A stretch of 41,372 bases of DNA from Candidatus Methylomirabilota bacterium. GTDB lineage: Bacteria > Methylomirabilota > Methylomirabilia > Methylomirabilales > CSP1-5. Location: contig VRUN01000006.1 in the NCBI GenBank assembly GCA_019456075.1, forward strand, positions 1-41,372. Reading direction: 5' to 3'. Below the pieces are notes generated by a model. The model did not search any database and had not been told where the DNA came from. It saw only the letters and a list, made by a program, of their open reading frames with translations. Positions 18,443 to 26,836 of this stretch are shown piece after piece. Position 1 is the stretch's first letter. Each line of letters opens with the position of its first letter. The position numbers and the translations under genes are program-made.

Positions 18443-19177
18443 ATGGATCGCGACCCGTACACGGCTGCCGTGCTGAGGCTCATTGGCCGGATCGAAGAGA
18501 CGCAACAGGGAGCACTCGAGCAGGCGGTTCAGGCCATCTTTGAGTCGCTGAAACGGGACGGGGTGTTGCACGTGTTCGGCAGTGGCCATTCCATCGCGGT
18601 CGCTCAAGAGGCCTTTCACCGGGCAGGCGGATTGGTCCCGGTCAACCTGATTCAGGAGGCCATTCTGTCTCCGCTCACCCCTCCGGCCGTGAGCGGGAGG
18701 ATAGAGCGGCTCCCCGGGGTGGCCTCGATCCTTCTGGACCGGAACGATGCCCGACCCGGAGAGGTCCTGATCGTGGTATCCAACTCCGGGATCAACGCCG
18801 TCCCGGTGGAGATGGCTCTTGAAGGCAAGACACGGGGACTCTTCGTGATCGCCCTGACCTCCCTGACCCACTCGAGGGCGGTCCCGGCCCGGCACGCAAG
18901 TGGCAAGCGCCTCTTCGAAGTTGCCGACCTCTGCCTCGATAACTGTGGGGAGGAGGGGGATGCTGCCGTGGCCTATCCTGGGTGGGGCGGCAAGGTCGGT
19001 CCCACTTCGGTCGTCACCGGAACGTTCCTGATGAACCGTCTCATCTGCGGGGTGGTGGAGCGGTTTCTCGCCGAGGGTCTCAGTCCTCCGGTCTATATGA
19101 GCGCCAACCTTCCCGGGGGGGACGAGCATAACCGTCGCCTGGAGGAGCAGTACCGTGACAGGATCACACTGCTCTAA
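18443..19177 (+). CDS. SIS domain sugar-phosphate isomerase-like protein
   Basis: VFGSGHS, RAGGL, VSNSGINAVPVEMA and PPVYMSAN; directly follows anmK. Confidence 0.85.
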   Translation: MDRDPYTAAVLRLIGRIEETQQGALEQAVQAIFESLKRDGVLHVFGSGHSIAVAQEAFHRAGGLVPVNLIQEAILSPLTPPAVSGRIERLPGVASILLDRNDARPGEVLIVVSNSGINAVPVEMALEGKTRGLFVIALTSLTHSRAVPARHASGKRLFEVADLCLDNCGEEGDAAVAYPGWGGKVGPTSVVTGTFLMNRLICGVVERFLAEGLSPPVYMSANLPGGDEHNRRLEEQYRDRITLL

Positions 19178-20000
19178 GCGAAGGCGACGAGTTCTCCTTT
19201 GCGGTCTGGTCCTGCTGCTCCTCGGTCCTGTGCTGGGGGCTTCTCAGGCGCAGTCCTCGAAGGTCGAGCGCGTGATCGACGGGGATACCGCGGTCCTCGA
19301 GGATGGCAGACGTGTTCGGTATCTCGGCATCAATGCACCCGAGCGAGGTCAACCCTACTTCGCCGAAGCGGTCACCCTGAATCGACGGCTGACCGAAGGC
19401 AAGCACGTGAGTCTCGAGGCGGATGAGGTGAGGGAGGATGGGTACCATCGCTTGCTAGCGTATGTGTATGCCGATGGACACATGGTGAATGCGCGCTTGA
19501 TCGAGGCGGGGCTTGCCCATGTCTTTGCGTTCCCGCCGAACCTCAGGTACTACGATCGGTTCCTTGAGCTGCAGCGGTGGGCGCGTGTCGCGCGGCGTGG
19601 AATATGGCAACGTGTGAGGGGTCCGTTGAAGATTACCTCGCTCAAGTTCAACGCCCCTGGCGATGATCGATTCAACCCGAACGGTGAGTATGTCCGAATC
19701 GCCAGTGTTGCCGATGAGGTCATCGATGTCCGGGGGTATGTCCTGAGCGACGCGTATGGGCACCGATACACTTTCCCCGCCCTTTCCCTGAAGCCCGGCT
19801 ATTCGGTGCTCCTCGTGAGTGGGCGGGGTGTCGATGTCACCGATCCCCTGGACCGGATTATCCTTTACTGGCAATCGAATGGTCCCATCTGGAATAATGA
19901 TGGGGATACCGCGACCCTGCGGGCCCCCGATGGTTCTCCGGTCGATAAGTTTCAGTATCAGGGGTTTCAGAGACGACGACCGACGACCGTAATCCGATGA
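19155..20000 (+). CDS. Secreted thermonuclease (SNase) with C-terminal lamin-tail domain
   Basis: VIDGDT, VRYLGINAPE and DGYHRLLAYVY; C-terminal NGEYVRI...IWNNDGDTATL. Confidence 0.88.
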   Translation: MTGSHCSKRRRRVLLCGLVLLLLGPVLGASQAQSSKVERVIDGDTAVLEDGRRVRYLGINAPERGQPYFAEAVTLNRRLTEGKHVSLEADEVREDGYHRLLAYVYADGHMVNARLIEAGLAHVFAFPPNLRYYDRFLELQRWARVARRGIWQRVRGPLKITSLKFNAPGDDRFNPNGEYVRIASVADEVIDVRGYVLSDAYGHRYTFPALSLKPGYSVLLVSGRGVDVTDPLDRIILYWQSNGPIWNNDGDTATLRAPDGSPVDKFQYQGFQRRRPTTVIR

Positions 20001-20115
20001 CCGACTACCGACGACAGCGAAAAGCTAATAGCCCTTTCGGTCGTCGGACTTCGGCGAGCTCAGTCGAGCCGTCACCGGACATCGGTCATCGAGTTGTGTC
20101 GGTCGTCGGTCGTCG
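19974..20115. repeat. Inverted heptamer repeat array (CGACGAC units / GTCGTCG units)
   Basis: Six CGAYKAC-like units at 19974-20015, a short spacer, then about seven GTCRTCG-like units at 20040-20115. Confidence 0.8.
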
Positions 20116-20129
20116 AAATTGAGGAGATC

Positions 20130-21728
20130 ATGTACGATCTGATCATCGCCGGGGCGAGCATCATCGATGGCAGCGGATCCCCGCCTTTTCCGGGTGACAT
20201 CGGCATCATCCGGGACCGGATCGCTGCCGTCGGGAAGATCCCCGAAACCCAAGCCCGGCGGACGATTCGGGCGCCCGGGCTTGTCGCCTGTCCCGGTTTC
20301 GTGGATCTCCACTCCCACTCTGATTACTTTCTGCTGCTGAATCCCCGGGCCGAGAGCGCCGTTCGCCAGGGGGTCACCACCGAAATCGGGGGCAACTGCG
20401 GCTATTCCGCAGCGCCGATCTGGGGAGAGTGGAGAGAGGAACGTGCCCAGACCTATCGGGAACTCTATGGTCTCGAGCTCGAATGGCAGGGCGTGCGAGA
20501 TTATTTTGGGCAGCTCGCCGCCCAGGGGCTGTCGATCAACTTTGGCCTCCTCCTCGGCCACAACACCATCCGGGGCTCTGTCATGGGGGGAGCCGCAAGA
20601 CCACCCGAGGCTCGAGAGATGGAGGAGATGGTCCAGGCGGTCCGGGAGGGGATGCGGGAAGGGGCCTTGGGCCTCTCGACCGGTCTCATCTATACTCCGG
20701 CATGCTTCGCGTCATCGGAAGAGTTAGTGACGTTAGCTGGGGCTACGTGGGAAGAAGGGGGTGTGCTCACCTGCCACATGCGAAGTGAGGGGGACGGACT
20801 GTTAGAGGCGGTTCGGGAGATTCTTGATGTCGCGAGAAAGGCCCGAATCCCTCTCCAAATTTCCCATCTCAAGACATCGGGTGAGCGCAACTGGGGCAAA
20901 CTTCCGGAGGCCTTGCGACTTATTGAAGAGGCGCGGTCGCGCGGCCAGGATGTCACGGCTGATCGTTATCCCTACACGGCCTCCAATACTCAACTGCAAG
21001 CAGTCCTGCCTTCGTGGGCGCTCGAGGGAAAGCGGGTGGAACAGGTGGCTCGATTGCAGGAACCATCGGTGCGGAAACGGCTGGATCGAGAACTCGCCGA
21101 TAGGCGGTGGGACCTGATCATGATCGCCGAGGTGACGCAGGAAGGGAATACGCGGTACGAGGGATTGCGCGTCGATCAGGCGGCGGCCTTGGCCGGGAAA
21201 GACCCGTTGGAGTTCGTTTGTGACCTGCTCGTTGAAGAGGGAGGACGGGTAGACGCCATTTTCTTTACGATGTCTGAGGAGAACCTGCAGCAGATCTTGT
21301 CTCGCCCCTATGTGATGGTGGCTTCTGATAGCGGGACCCGGGCCCATGTCGGTCCGCTGAGCCGGGGTCGGCCTCATCCCCGCACGTTCGGGACGTTCCC
21401 GCGGATCTTAGGCGTGTATGTCAGGGAAAAACGACTCCTCGATCTGCCCACCGCCATCCGGAAGATGACGCTTGACCCCTGCCGTCGCTTTGGGCTTGCC
21501 GAACGGGGCCTGATTGCACCCGGCTACTCTGCCGACGTGGTCGTGTTTGATCCCGACAAGGTTGCGGATCGGGCAAGCTACGAAGAGCCGATCCAATACC
21601 CAGATGGAATTCGATACGTGCTGGTGAACGGTGTGATCAGTGTAGAAGAGGGAGAGCACACCGGTGCGAGAGCGGGCGGCGTGCTCAGGGGTTCCGGAGG
21701 CGTCACGGGGACGAGAGGTGGAGGGTAG
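20130..21728 (+). CDS. N-acyl-D-amino-acid deacylase (D-aminoacylase)
   Basis: PGFVDLHSHSD, GNCG, HMRSEG, SHLK, YPYTAS and HPRTFGTFPR; GAGGAG RBS before ATG 20130. Confidence 0.92.
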   Translation: MYDLIIAGASIIDGSGSPPFPGDIGIIRDRIAAVGKIPETQARRTIRAPGLVACPGFVDLHSHSDYFLLLNPRAESAVRQGVTTEIGGNCGYSAAPIWGEWREERAQTYRELYGLELEWQGVRDYFGQLAAQGLSINFGLLLGHNTIRGSVMGGAARPPEAREMEEMVQAVREGMREGALGLSTGLIYTPACFASSEELVTLAGATWEEGGVLTCHMRSEGDGLLEAVREILDVARKARIPLQISHLKTSGERNWGKLPEALRLIEEARSRGQDVTADRYPYTASNTQLQAVLPSWALEGKRVEQVARLQEPSVRKRLDRELADRRWDLIMIAEVTQEGNTRYEGLRVDQAAALAGKDPLEFVCDLLVEEGGRVDAIFFTMSEENLQQILSRPYVMVASDSGTRAHVGPLSRGRPHPRTFGTFPRILGVYVREKRLLDLPTAIRKMTLDPCRRFGLAERGLIAPGYSADVVVFDPDKVADRASYEEPIQYPDGIRYVLVNGVISVEEGEHTGARAGGVLRGSGGVTGTRGGG

Positions 21729-21730
21729 GG

Positions 21731-22528
21731 GTGAGCGGGCAAGAGCACGGAGTTGCTCACGGAAGGCCTTCCACACGACCTCGCATCTGTATTACCAGTG
21801 GGAGGGACCCGCTGGGCGAGCAGCCGGAGCAGCAGTACGAGCGGGTTCGTGCGGCCTACTCCGGGTGCGTGGCCGAAAGTGGCGGGATACCGTACATTTT
21901 GCCCACGCCAGGATATGATCCTGCTCTCAATGCGACATATCTCGATTTTGCCGATGGGTTGATCTTTTCGGGGGGAGAGGACATTCATCCCTCCTTTTAC
22001 GGAGAGATCGTTCTCGAAAAATGTGGAGCCATTGATGAAAAACGAGATCTCTTCGAAATCGAGCTGTTCCGGGGCGCCCTCGAGCGAGGATTGCCGGTCC
22101 TGGGCGTATGTCGGGGGATGCAGCTCATCGCAGTGGCGTTGGGAGGGAGCCTTTACCAGGACTTGTCCTATTGTCAGGACGCCGGAGCATTCCATGCCGG
22201 GGCGTGGCAAGACGGGGGAGAGATGCCATCGGTGAGACTCACATCGGGGACCCTTCTGCATCAGGTCATCGAGGAGGAGTCTCTGCCTGTCAACTGTCAG
22301 CATCATCAGTTGATCAAGGCTCTTGACCACAACTGTACGGTGAGCGCGGTCTCTCCGGATGGCATGATCGAGGGGATCGAAGTGTCAGGCAGCCCATTTG
22401 TCCTGGGGGTGCACTGGCATCCCGAGCGCTTGGCCTTACGAGATCGGTGCCATCTGGAGTTGTTCCGAGCACTGGTGAGAGCGGCGGCAGACTATTCCCG
22501 AAAAGCCGTCTCCTCGAAGCGTCCCTGA
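21731..22528 (+). CDS. Gamma-glutamyl-gamma-aminobutyrate hydrolase family (peptidase C26)
   Basis: SGGEDI, LGVCRGMQ (nucleophile Cys), HHQ and WHPE. Confidence 0.9.
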   Translation: MSGQEHGVAHGRPSTRPRICITSGRDPLGEQPEQQYERVRAAYSGCVAESGGIPYILPTPGYDPALNATYLDFADGLIFSGGEDIHPSFYGEIVLEKCGAIDEKRDLFEIELFRGALERGLPVLGVCRGMQLIAVALGGSLYQDLSYCQDAGAFHAGAWQDGGEMPSVRLTSGTLLHQVIEEESLPVNCQHHQLIKALDHNCTVSAVSPDGMIEGIEVSGSPFVLGVHWHPERLALRDRCHLELFRALVRAAADYSRKAVSSKRP

Positions 22529-22575
22529 GGAAGGGGGGCCGGATGGCAGCGGGTGGCGGGGGGTAGTAAAAACGC

Positions 22576-22605
22576 TTGACATAAAGAGGAATGGGATGAT
22601 AGGAA
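22576..22605 (+). promoter_or_regulatory. Putative sigma70 promoter of the attenuator leader
   Basis: TTGACA (22576-22581), 18 nt, TAGGAA (22600-22605) preceded by TG (extended -10). Confidence 0.5.
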
Positions 22606-22631
22606 CGACGGACACTTATAGGAGTTTATCG

Positions 22632-22703
22632 GTGGCTGGATTTGAACAGATCCTCGTAGTAGTAGGTGTACGCGGCGCCTGCGCCCCGGCGGGCAGCCCG
22701 TAG
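22632..22703 (+). CDS. Attenuator leader peptide MAGFEQILVVVGVRGACAPAGSP (23 aa)
   Basis: AGGAG at 22620-22624, GTG start 7 nt later, control tract ATC CTC GTA GTA GTA GGT GTA, TAG at 22701. Confidence 0.75.
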   Translation: MAGFEQILVVVGVRGACAPAGSP

Positions 22704-22745
22704 TGCCTTTACTGCGGGCTCTGTAATTTCGCCGCGGGGCACAGG
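22678..22745 (+). promoter_or_regulatory. Antiterminator of a ribosome-mediated attenuator
   Basis: CCTGCGCCCCGGCG (22678-22691) can pair with CGCCGCGGGGCACAGG (22730-22745), enclosing the hairpin AGCCCGTAGT/ACTGCGGGCT (22695-22720). Confidence 0.7.
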
Positions 22746-22769
22746 CAGATGTCCCGTGGCTTTTTGTTT
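22731..22769 (+). terminator. Intrinsic terminator of the attenuator
   Basis: GCCGCGGGGCA / TGTCCCGTGGC 11-bp stem (2 G-U pairs), 8-nt loop, followed by TTTTTGTTT. Confidence 0.82.
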
Positions 22770-22843
22770 GGGCCGCGGGGTCTCTTGGTTTAATGATTCG
22801 ATTTTCAACGAGGTTTGCGTCACTTTTCGGTAAGGAGGATTCG

Positions 22844-23122
22844 ATGGCTCGCAGGTGTGGTTGTGGACAAGAGTTGCGGTCGGTGATGGAGGAGTGGGGG
22901 TGTCTTCACTGTGGGGGCCTCTGTTGCCCCACCTGTGGGTATGCCCCTGAGGGCACAGCCTACTGTGCCGAATGTGCCCAGAGCCTTTTTAATGTGTACA
23001 CGAGGCAGCCGGTGGTGACCCGGCCCAAGCGCATCTCGGCCTGGTGGGAGGCGGCGACGGTGCAACCCGTGCCGCGGCATACAGAGGCGGCAAGCCTGGA
23101 CCAGCCCCAGGCGTCCGCCTGA
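22844..23122 (+). CDS. Small Cys-rich putative zinc-binding protein (92 aa), function unknown
   Basis: TAAGGAGG RBS before ATG 22844; CxC-x12-CxxC-x3-CCxxC-x9-CxxC pattern followed by a low-complexity tail. Confidence 0.8.
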   Translation: MARRCGCGQELRSVMEEWGCLHCGGLCCPTCGYAPEGTAYCAECAQSLFNVYTRQPVVTRPKRISAWWEAATVQPVPRHTEAASLDQPQASA

Positions 23123-23267
23123 CGAGCCGGTCCACACCTTCGGGGAGGCCTCGCCGAACGGGTGCGAGAGTCTCCATATGTCTATCGAGGCCCTCGACAG
23201 CACGCAGGTGTTCCGGATCCTTCCCCCTTTCCCTCCGTTTATAGCTACTCCCTCCACGAAGAAAGAT

Positions 23268-23296
23268 TTGCGCGGGAGTCGTCCTGGCCCTATCCT
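23268..23296 (+). promoter_or_regulatory. Putative sigma70 promoter
   Basis: TTGCGC-17 nt-TATCCT upstream of the 23383 gene. Confidence 0.4.
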
Positions 23297-23382
23297 GATA
23301 GCGTCGGCTGACGCCGGGGTGCCTGCCGTATCACCTCAGGCCCCTGAGCGGACCACCGACGCGTGAATGAAGGAGGCAGGGG

Positions 23383-23805
23383 ATGAATCTCATTCAGCGA
23401 TGTGTCGCCAGTATTGCTCTCTTGCTGCTCCTGGTCGTCTCCGCCCATGCCCAAAAACGCCCTTCGGAAAAGAATCTCGGTGCCCCCATTTATCCGAAGG
23501 CCACGTTCATCGAAAGCTTCACCGACGGGCCGGTGGCCCGATATCTCTTCGGCTCGAACGATATCACCATTTCGGTGACCCGGTTTTATGAAGCGAAGAT
23601 CGGGAAGAAATCTGAACGCATCAAAAGTCCCGACGGGACGGAGACGTATCGGTTCGTACTGAAAGGCAAACAGGAGGCAGCGGTGCCGGAACTCGAGGTT
23701 CGGGTGAATCACTTTCCCGGGGGCTTCCACATCCCGGATCAGCGGGGCGAGACCCGACGGTACAGGACGGTCATCATCATCAGCAAGAAGAAGAGGGAAC
23801 CGTGA
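23383..23805 (+). CDS. Exported hypothetical protein
   Basis: AAGGAGG RBS; signal peptide ending AHA; LGAPIYPKATF...VTRFYEAK. Confidence 0.75.
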   Translation: MNLIQRCVASIALLLLLVVSAHAQKRPSEKNLGAPIYPKATFIESFTDGPVARYLFGSNDITISVTRFYEAKIGKKSERIKSPDGTETYRFVLKGKQEAAVPELEVRVNHFPGGFHIPDQRGETRRYRTVIIISKKKREP

Positions 23806-23849
23806 CAGAACCTGGGTCCTGCCCTCCTCAAGGCCCACGGGAGGCCGCA

Positions 23850-24647
23850 ATGTTTGTACCGTCCAAAGCTCATCCAAAAGAGATGCGGGAAAAGATTCGG
23901 ACCGGCGAGTGGCAAGACCCCACAGCTGGATGCTCGGACGGCTACGTGCAGGCCAATCTGGTGGTCCTGCCAAAAGCCCTGGCCTACGATTTCCTTCTCT
24001 TCTGTCACCGCAATCCTAAGCCCTGCCCGTTACTGGAGGTCACCGATCCCGGTGACGCGGAGCCCAAGACCGCTGCGCCCAGTGCAGACCTTCGGACTGA
24101 TATTCCCAGGTACCGGGTTTACCGCGGCGGCAAGCTGGAGCAGGAGGTGACCGATCTTCTTCAGGTCTGGCGGACAGACCTGGTGGGCTTCCTCTTGGGC
24201 TGTAGCTTCACCTTCGATGTCGCTCTGCACAGGGCGGGCGTCCCGGTCCGTCATCTTGAGGAGGGGAAAAACGTCTCGATGTATATGACGAATCAGTCGT
24301 GCCATCCTGCTGGGGATTTCACCGGACCTCTGGTGGTCTCCATGCGCCCGATCCCGGCCCATCTCGTCCCTCGGGCGGTGGAAGTCACCGCTCGCTTCCC
24401 GCTGTCTCATGGGGCCCCGGTTCATGTGGGCGAGCCCGAGACGATCGGCATTGCCGATCTCGGTCGACCCCACTTTGGCGATGCGGTCTCGATCCGGTCG
24501 GGTGAGATTCCGGTCTTTTGGGCCTGTGGTGTGACGCCACAGGCCGTCGCCATGCATGCGAAGCCGGAGTTCATGATCACCCATGCTCCCGGTCACATGT
24601 TCATTACCGACCTGCCTGAGGAAGAGTTAACCCACTCTCTCGCGTAA
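23850..24647 (+). CDS. DUF1445 putative hydro-lyase (D-glutamate cyclase-like, YcsI family)
   Basis: GYVQANLV, RNPKPCPLL, DLRTDIPRY, GCSFTF, VVSMRP, FWACGVTPQ and THAPGHMFITD; GGAGG before ATG 23850 (alternative GTG 23802). Confidence 0.92.
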   Translation: MFVPSKAHPKEMREKIRTGEWQDPTAGCSDGYVQANLVVLPKALAYDFLLFCHRNPKPCPLLEVTDPGDAEPKTAAPSADLRTDIPRYRVYRGGKLEQEVTDLLQVWRTDLVGFLLGCSFTFDVALHRAGVPVRHLEEGKNVSMYMTNQSCHPAGDFTGPLVVSMRPIPAHLVPRAVEVTARFPLSHGAPVHVGEPETIGIADLGRPHFGDAVSIRSGEIPVFWACGVTPQAVAMHAKPEFMITHAPGHMFITDLPEEELTHSLA

Positions 24648-24750
24648 AACGCGCCGGGTTCCCCAGACGGGGAATTGCCCATTGCGGCTCTCCGTTCAGT
24701 CAACCTGCGTACGGATGGCCTTCCCTGCGCTCACGCTGAGAAGCTTGTTC

Positions 24751-24793
24751 TGGACGATGTCCGCATCCCTGGGTATACTCTTTCAATAGAGTA
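24751..24793 (+). promoter_or_regulatory. Putative promoter with overlapping inverted repeat
   Basis: TGGACG-17 nt-TATACT (24774-24779), overlapped by TACTCT-n6-AGAGTA (24776-24793). Confidence 0.45.
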
Positions 24794-24849
24794 ACGGACG
24801 TGCGCGTTTGGCGGCGGTAGACCCCCACTCGTATTGGCGAGGGCAACGG

Positions 24850-26826
24850 ATGACGACGATCGGCGTGGACGTGGGGGGGACCTTCACCGACCTGGTCTTT
24901 TTGGCCGAGGGGAGACTCTGGACCCGGAAGGTTCTTTCGACTCCTCACGACCCGGCCTGGGGTGTGCTTCAGGGACTTTCTCAGGAAGCTTTGGGAGAGG
25001 GGAGATGGCAGCTTGTCCATGGCTCCACCGTGGCGACTAACGCGCTGCTCGAGCGGAAGGGGGCCAAGGTCGCCTTGATCACCACGGCGGGTTTCGAAGA
25101 TGTGCTCGAGATCGGCCGCCAGGATCGAGCCGGGTTGTACGATTTTTTTATCGATCGGGCACCAGTCCTGGTCCCCCGTGCTCACCGTATCGGCGTCCCG
25201 GAGCGGATGGACTGCCGAGGGAGGGTCCTGGAGCCCCTCGATGATGAGAGCCTCGATCCCATCTTGGACCGGCTGAGTCAGGAGGGTGTCGAGTCGATCG
25301 CCATTTGCCTTCTCTGTTCCTATGCGAATCCTGTCCATGAGGCCCGCATCCTTCATCGGGCCTTGCGGATTGGAGTGCCGGTCTCTGCCTCTCATCGCAT
25401 CCTCCCCGAGTACCGAGAGTACGAACGGTGCATGGCCACCGTCGTGAACGCCTATGTCTCGCCCCTGATGGAACGGTACCTCGGTCGGCTCGAGGCAGAG
25501 CTCGGGGGAGGACGTCTCAGGATCATGCAGTCCAATGGCGGAAGTATCTCTGCGGCCACGGCGCGGCAGGAGGCGGTGCGGACCATTCTCTCGGGCCCGG
25601 CGGGGGGGGTTGTGGGTGCCGCCTCCATCGCGAGGGAGGCTGGATTTGAGAAAGTGATCACGTTTGATATGGGGGGAACCTCTACCGATGTCTCCCTCGT
25701 CGATGGTGGTCTCAGGGTCAGCACAGAGGCTACGGTGGGGGACATCCCCCTTCGCATTCCCCTCCTCGACATCCATACGGTGGGCTCAGGCGGTGGATCA
25801 TTAGCCTGGATCGATGAGGGGGGCGCCCTGCGCGTAGGCCCCCGGAGCGCCGGGGCCGATCCCGGGCCGGTCTGCTACGGGCGGGGAGACCAGATCACCG
25901 TCACGGATGCACACCTCGCGCTGGGACGTTTGGAACCGGACCGATTCCTCGGCGGGAAGATGCGGCTTGATGTGGAGCGGGCCGAGGGCGCCTTACAGGC
26001 CTTCTCCCGCCAGGTGAACATGGACTCTCTCCGACTGGCGGAAGGGATCGTCACGGTGGCCACTGCCACCATGGAGAAGGCCATCCGGGTCATTTCCGTG
26101 GAGCGAGGGTATGATCCCCGAGAATTCTGCCTGGTCTCTTTTGGCGGGGCAGGAGGACTGCACGCCTGTGCCCTGGCTCGATCACTGTCCATCCCCTGGG
26201 TGCTGGTTCCGCCGCACGCAGGGCTGCTGTCGGCCTACGGGATGTTGGTGGCTGATGTGGTCAAGGAGTACGCCAAGACGATCTTGCGGCCGACGGCCAC
26301 CACACCCTTCGAGGAGCTGGAGGCCGTTGTGAGCCTCCTGAGGGAACAAGGCCTGCGTGAGATGAAAGATGAGGGGATAGCGGAGGAGTCGGTCAGCACG
26401 GAAGCCTCCCTGGACATGCGCTACCTGGGGCAGTCCTACGAGCTCCGCGTCCCCTTCGGAAGAGACTTTGTCTCTCGGTTCCACGACGTGCACCGGAAGA
26501 GTTACGGCTACGCCAATCCGGCCCGGGAGACCGAGATTGTGACGGGACGCCTTCGGGTCAGGGGGGAAGTCGAGGGCCCACCCCTTCCTGAGGTGGAGGC
26601 GGGATCGGCGGATCCTGGTGCAGCCTGCCTGGGCGAGAAGCAGGTCTTTCTCGAGGACGGCTGGGTCACGGCTCCTGTCTTCGCCCGAGAGACTCTGCAG
26701 GCTGCCAACCGGATCGATGGGCCAGCCCTCGTGGTAGAGATGAGCGCCACCACGCTGATTGCACCGGGTTGGGAGGGGGAGGTGGACGAGCGGGGTAATC
26801 TTCTTCTCAAAACGCGCCAGCCCTGA
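24850..26826 (+). CDS. Hydantoinase A / 5-oxoprolinase family ATP-binding subunit
   Basis: GVDVGGTFTD, HGSTVATNALLER, LSGPAGGV, DMGGTSTD, SAGADPGP and FGGAGGLHA. Confidence 0.93.
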   Translation: MTTIGVDVGGTFTDLVFLAEGRLWTRKVLSTPHDPAWGVLQGLSQEALGEGRWQLVHGSTVATNALLERKGAKVALITTAGFEDVLEIGRQDRAGLYDFFIDRAPVLVPRAHRIGVPERMDCRGRVLEPLDDESLDPILDRLSQEGVESIAICLLCSYANPVHEARILHRALRIGVPVSASHRILPEYREYERCMATVVNAYVSPLMERYLGRLEAELGGGRLRIMQSNGGSISAATARQEAVRTILSGPAGGVVGAASIAREAGFEKVITFDMGGTSTDVSLVDGGLRVSTEATVGDIPLRIPLLDIHTVGSGGGSLAWIDEGGALRVGPRSAGADPGPVCYGRGDQITVTDAHLALGRLEPDRFLGGKMRLDVERAEGALQAFSRQVNMDSLRLAEGIVTVATATMEKAIRVISVERGYDPREFCLVSFGGAGGLHACALARSLSIPWVLVPPHAGLLSAYGMLVADVVKEYAKTILRPTATTPFEELEAVVSLLREQGLREMKDEGIAEESVSTEASLDMRYLGQSYELRVPFGRDFVSRFHDVHRKSYGYANPARETEIVTGRLRVRGEVEGPPLPEVEAGSADPGAACLGEKQVFLEDGWVTAPVFARETLQAANRIDGPALVVEMSATTLIAPGWEGEVDERGNLLLKTRQP

Positions 26827-26836
26827 GGGGATCCCG

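Noticed and set aside
22626-22823. 65-aa minus ORF with YTYYY run
   Set aside because: The Tyr run is simply the reverse complement of the GTA Val codons; the RBS, stems and U-tract all support the plus-strand leader.
22793-22843. N-terminal extension of the Cys-rich ORF in the ORF track
   Set aside because: The strong TAAGGAGG RBS points to ATG 22844.
24650-24840. Possible 6S RNA or riboswitch in the intergenic gap
   Set aside because: No long closing stem or recognisable aptamer motifs; only a short hairpin and a promoter-like sequence.
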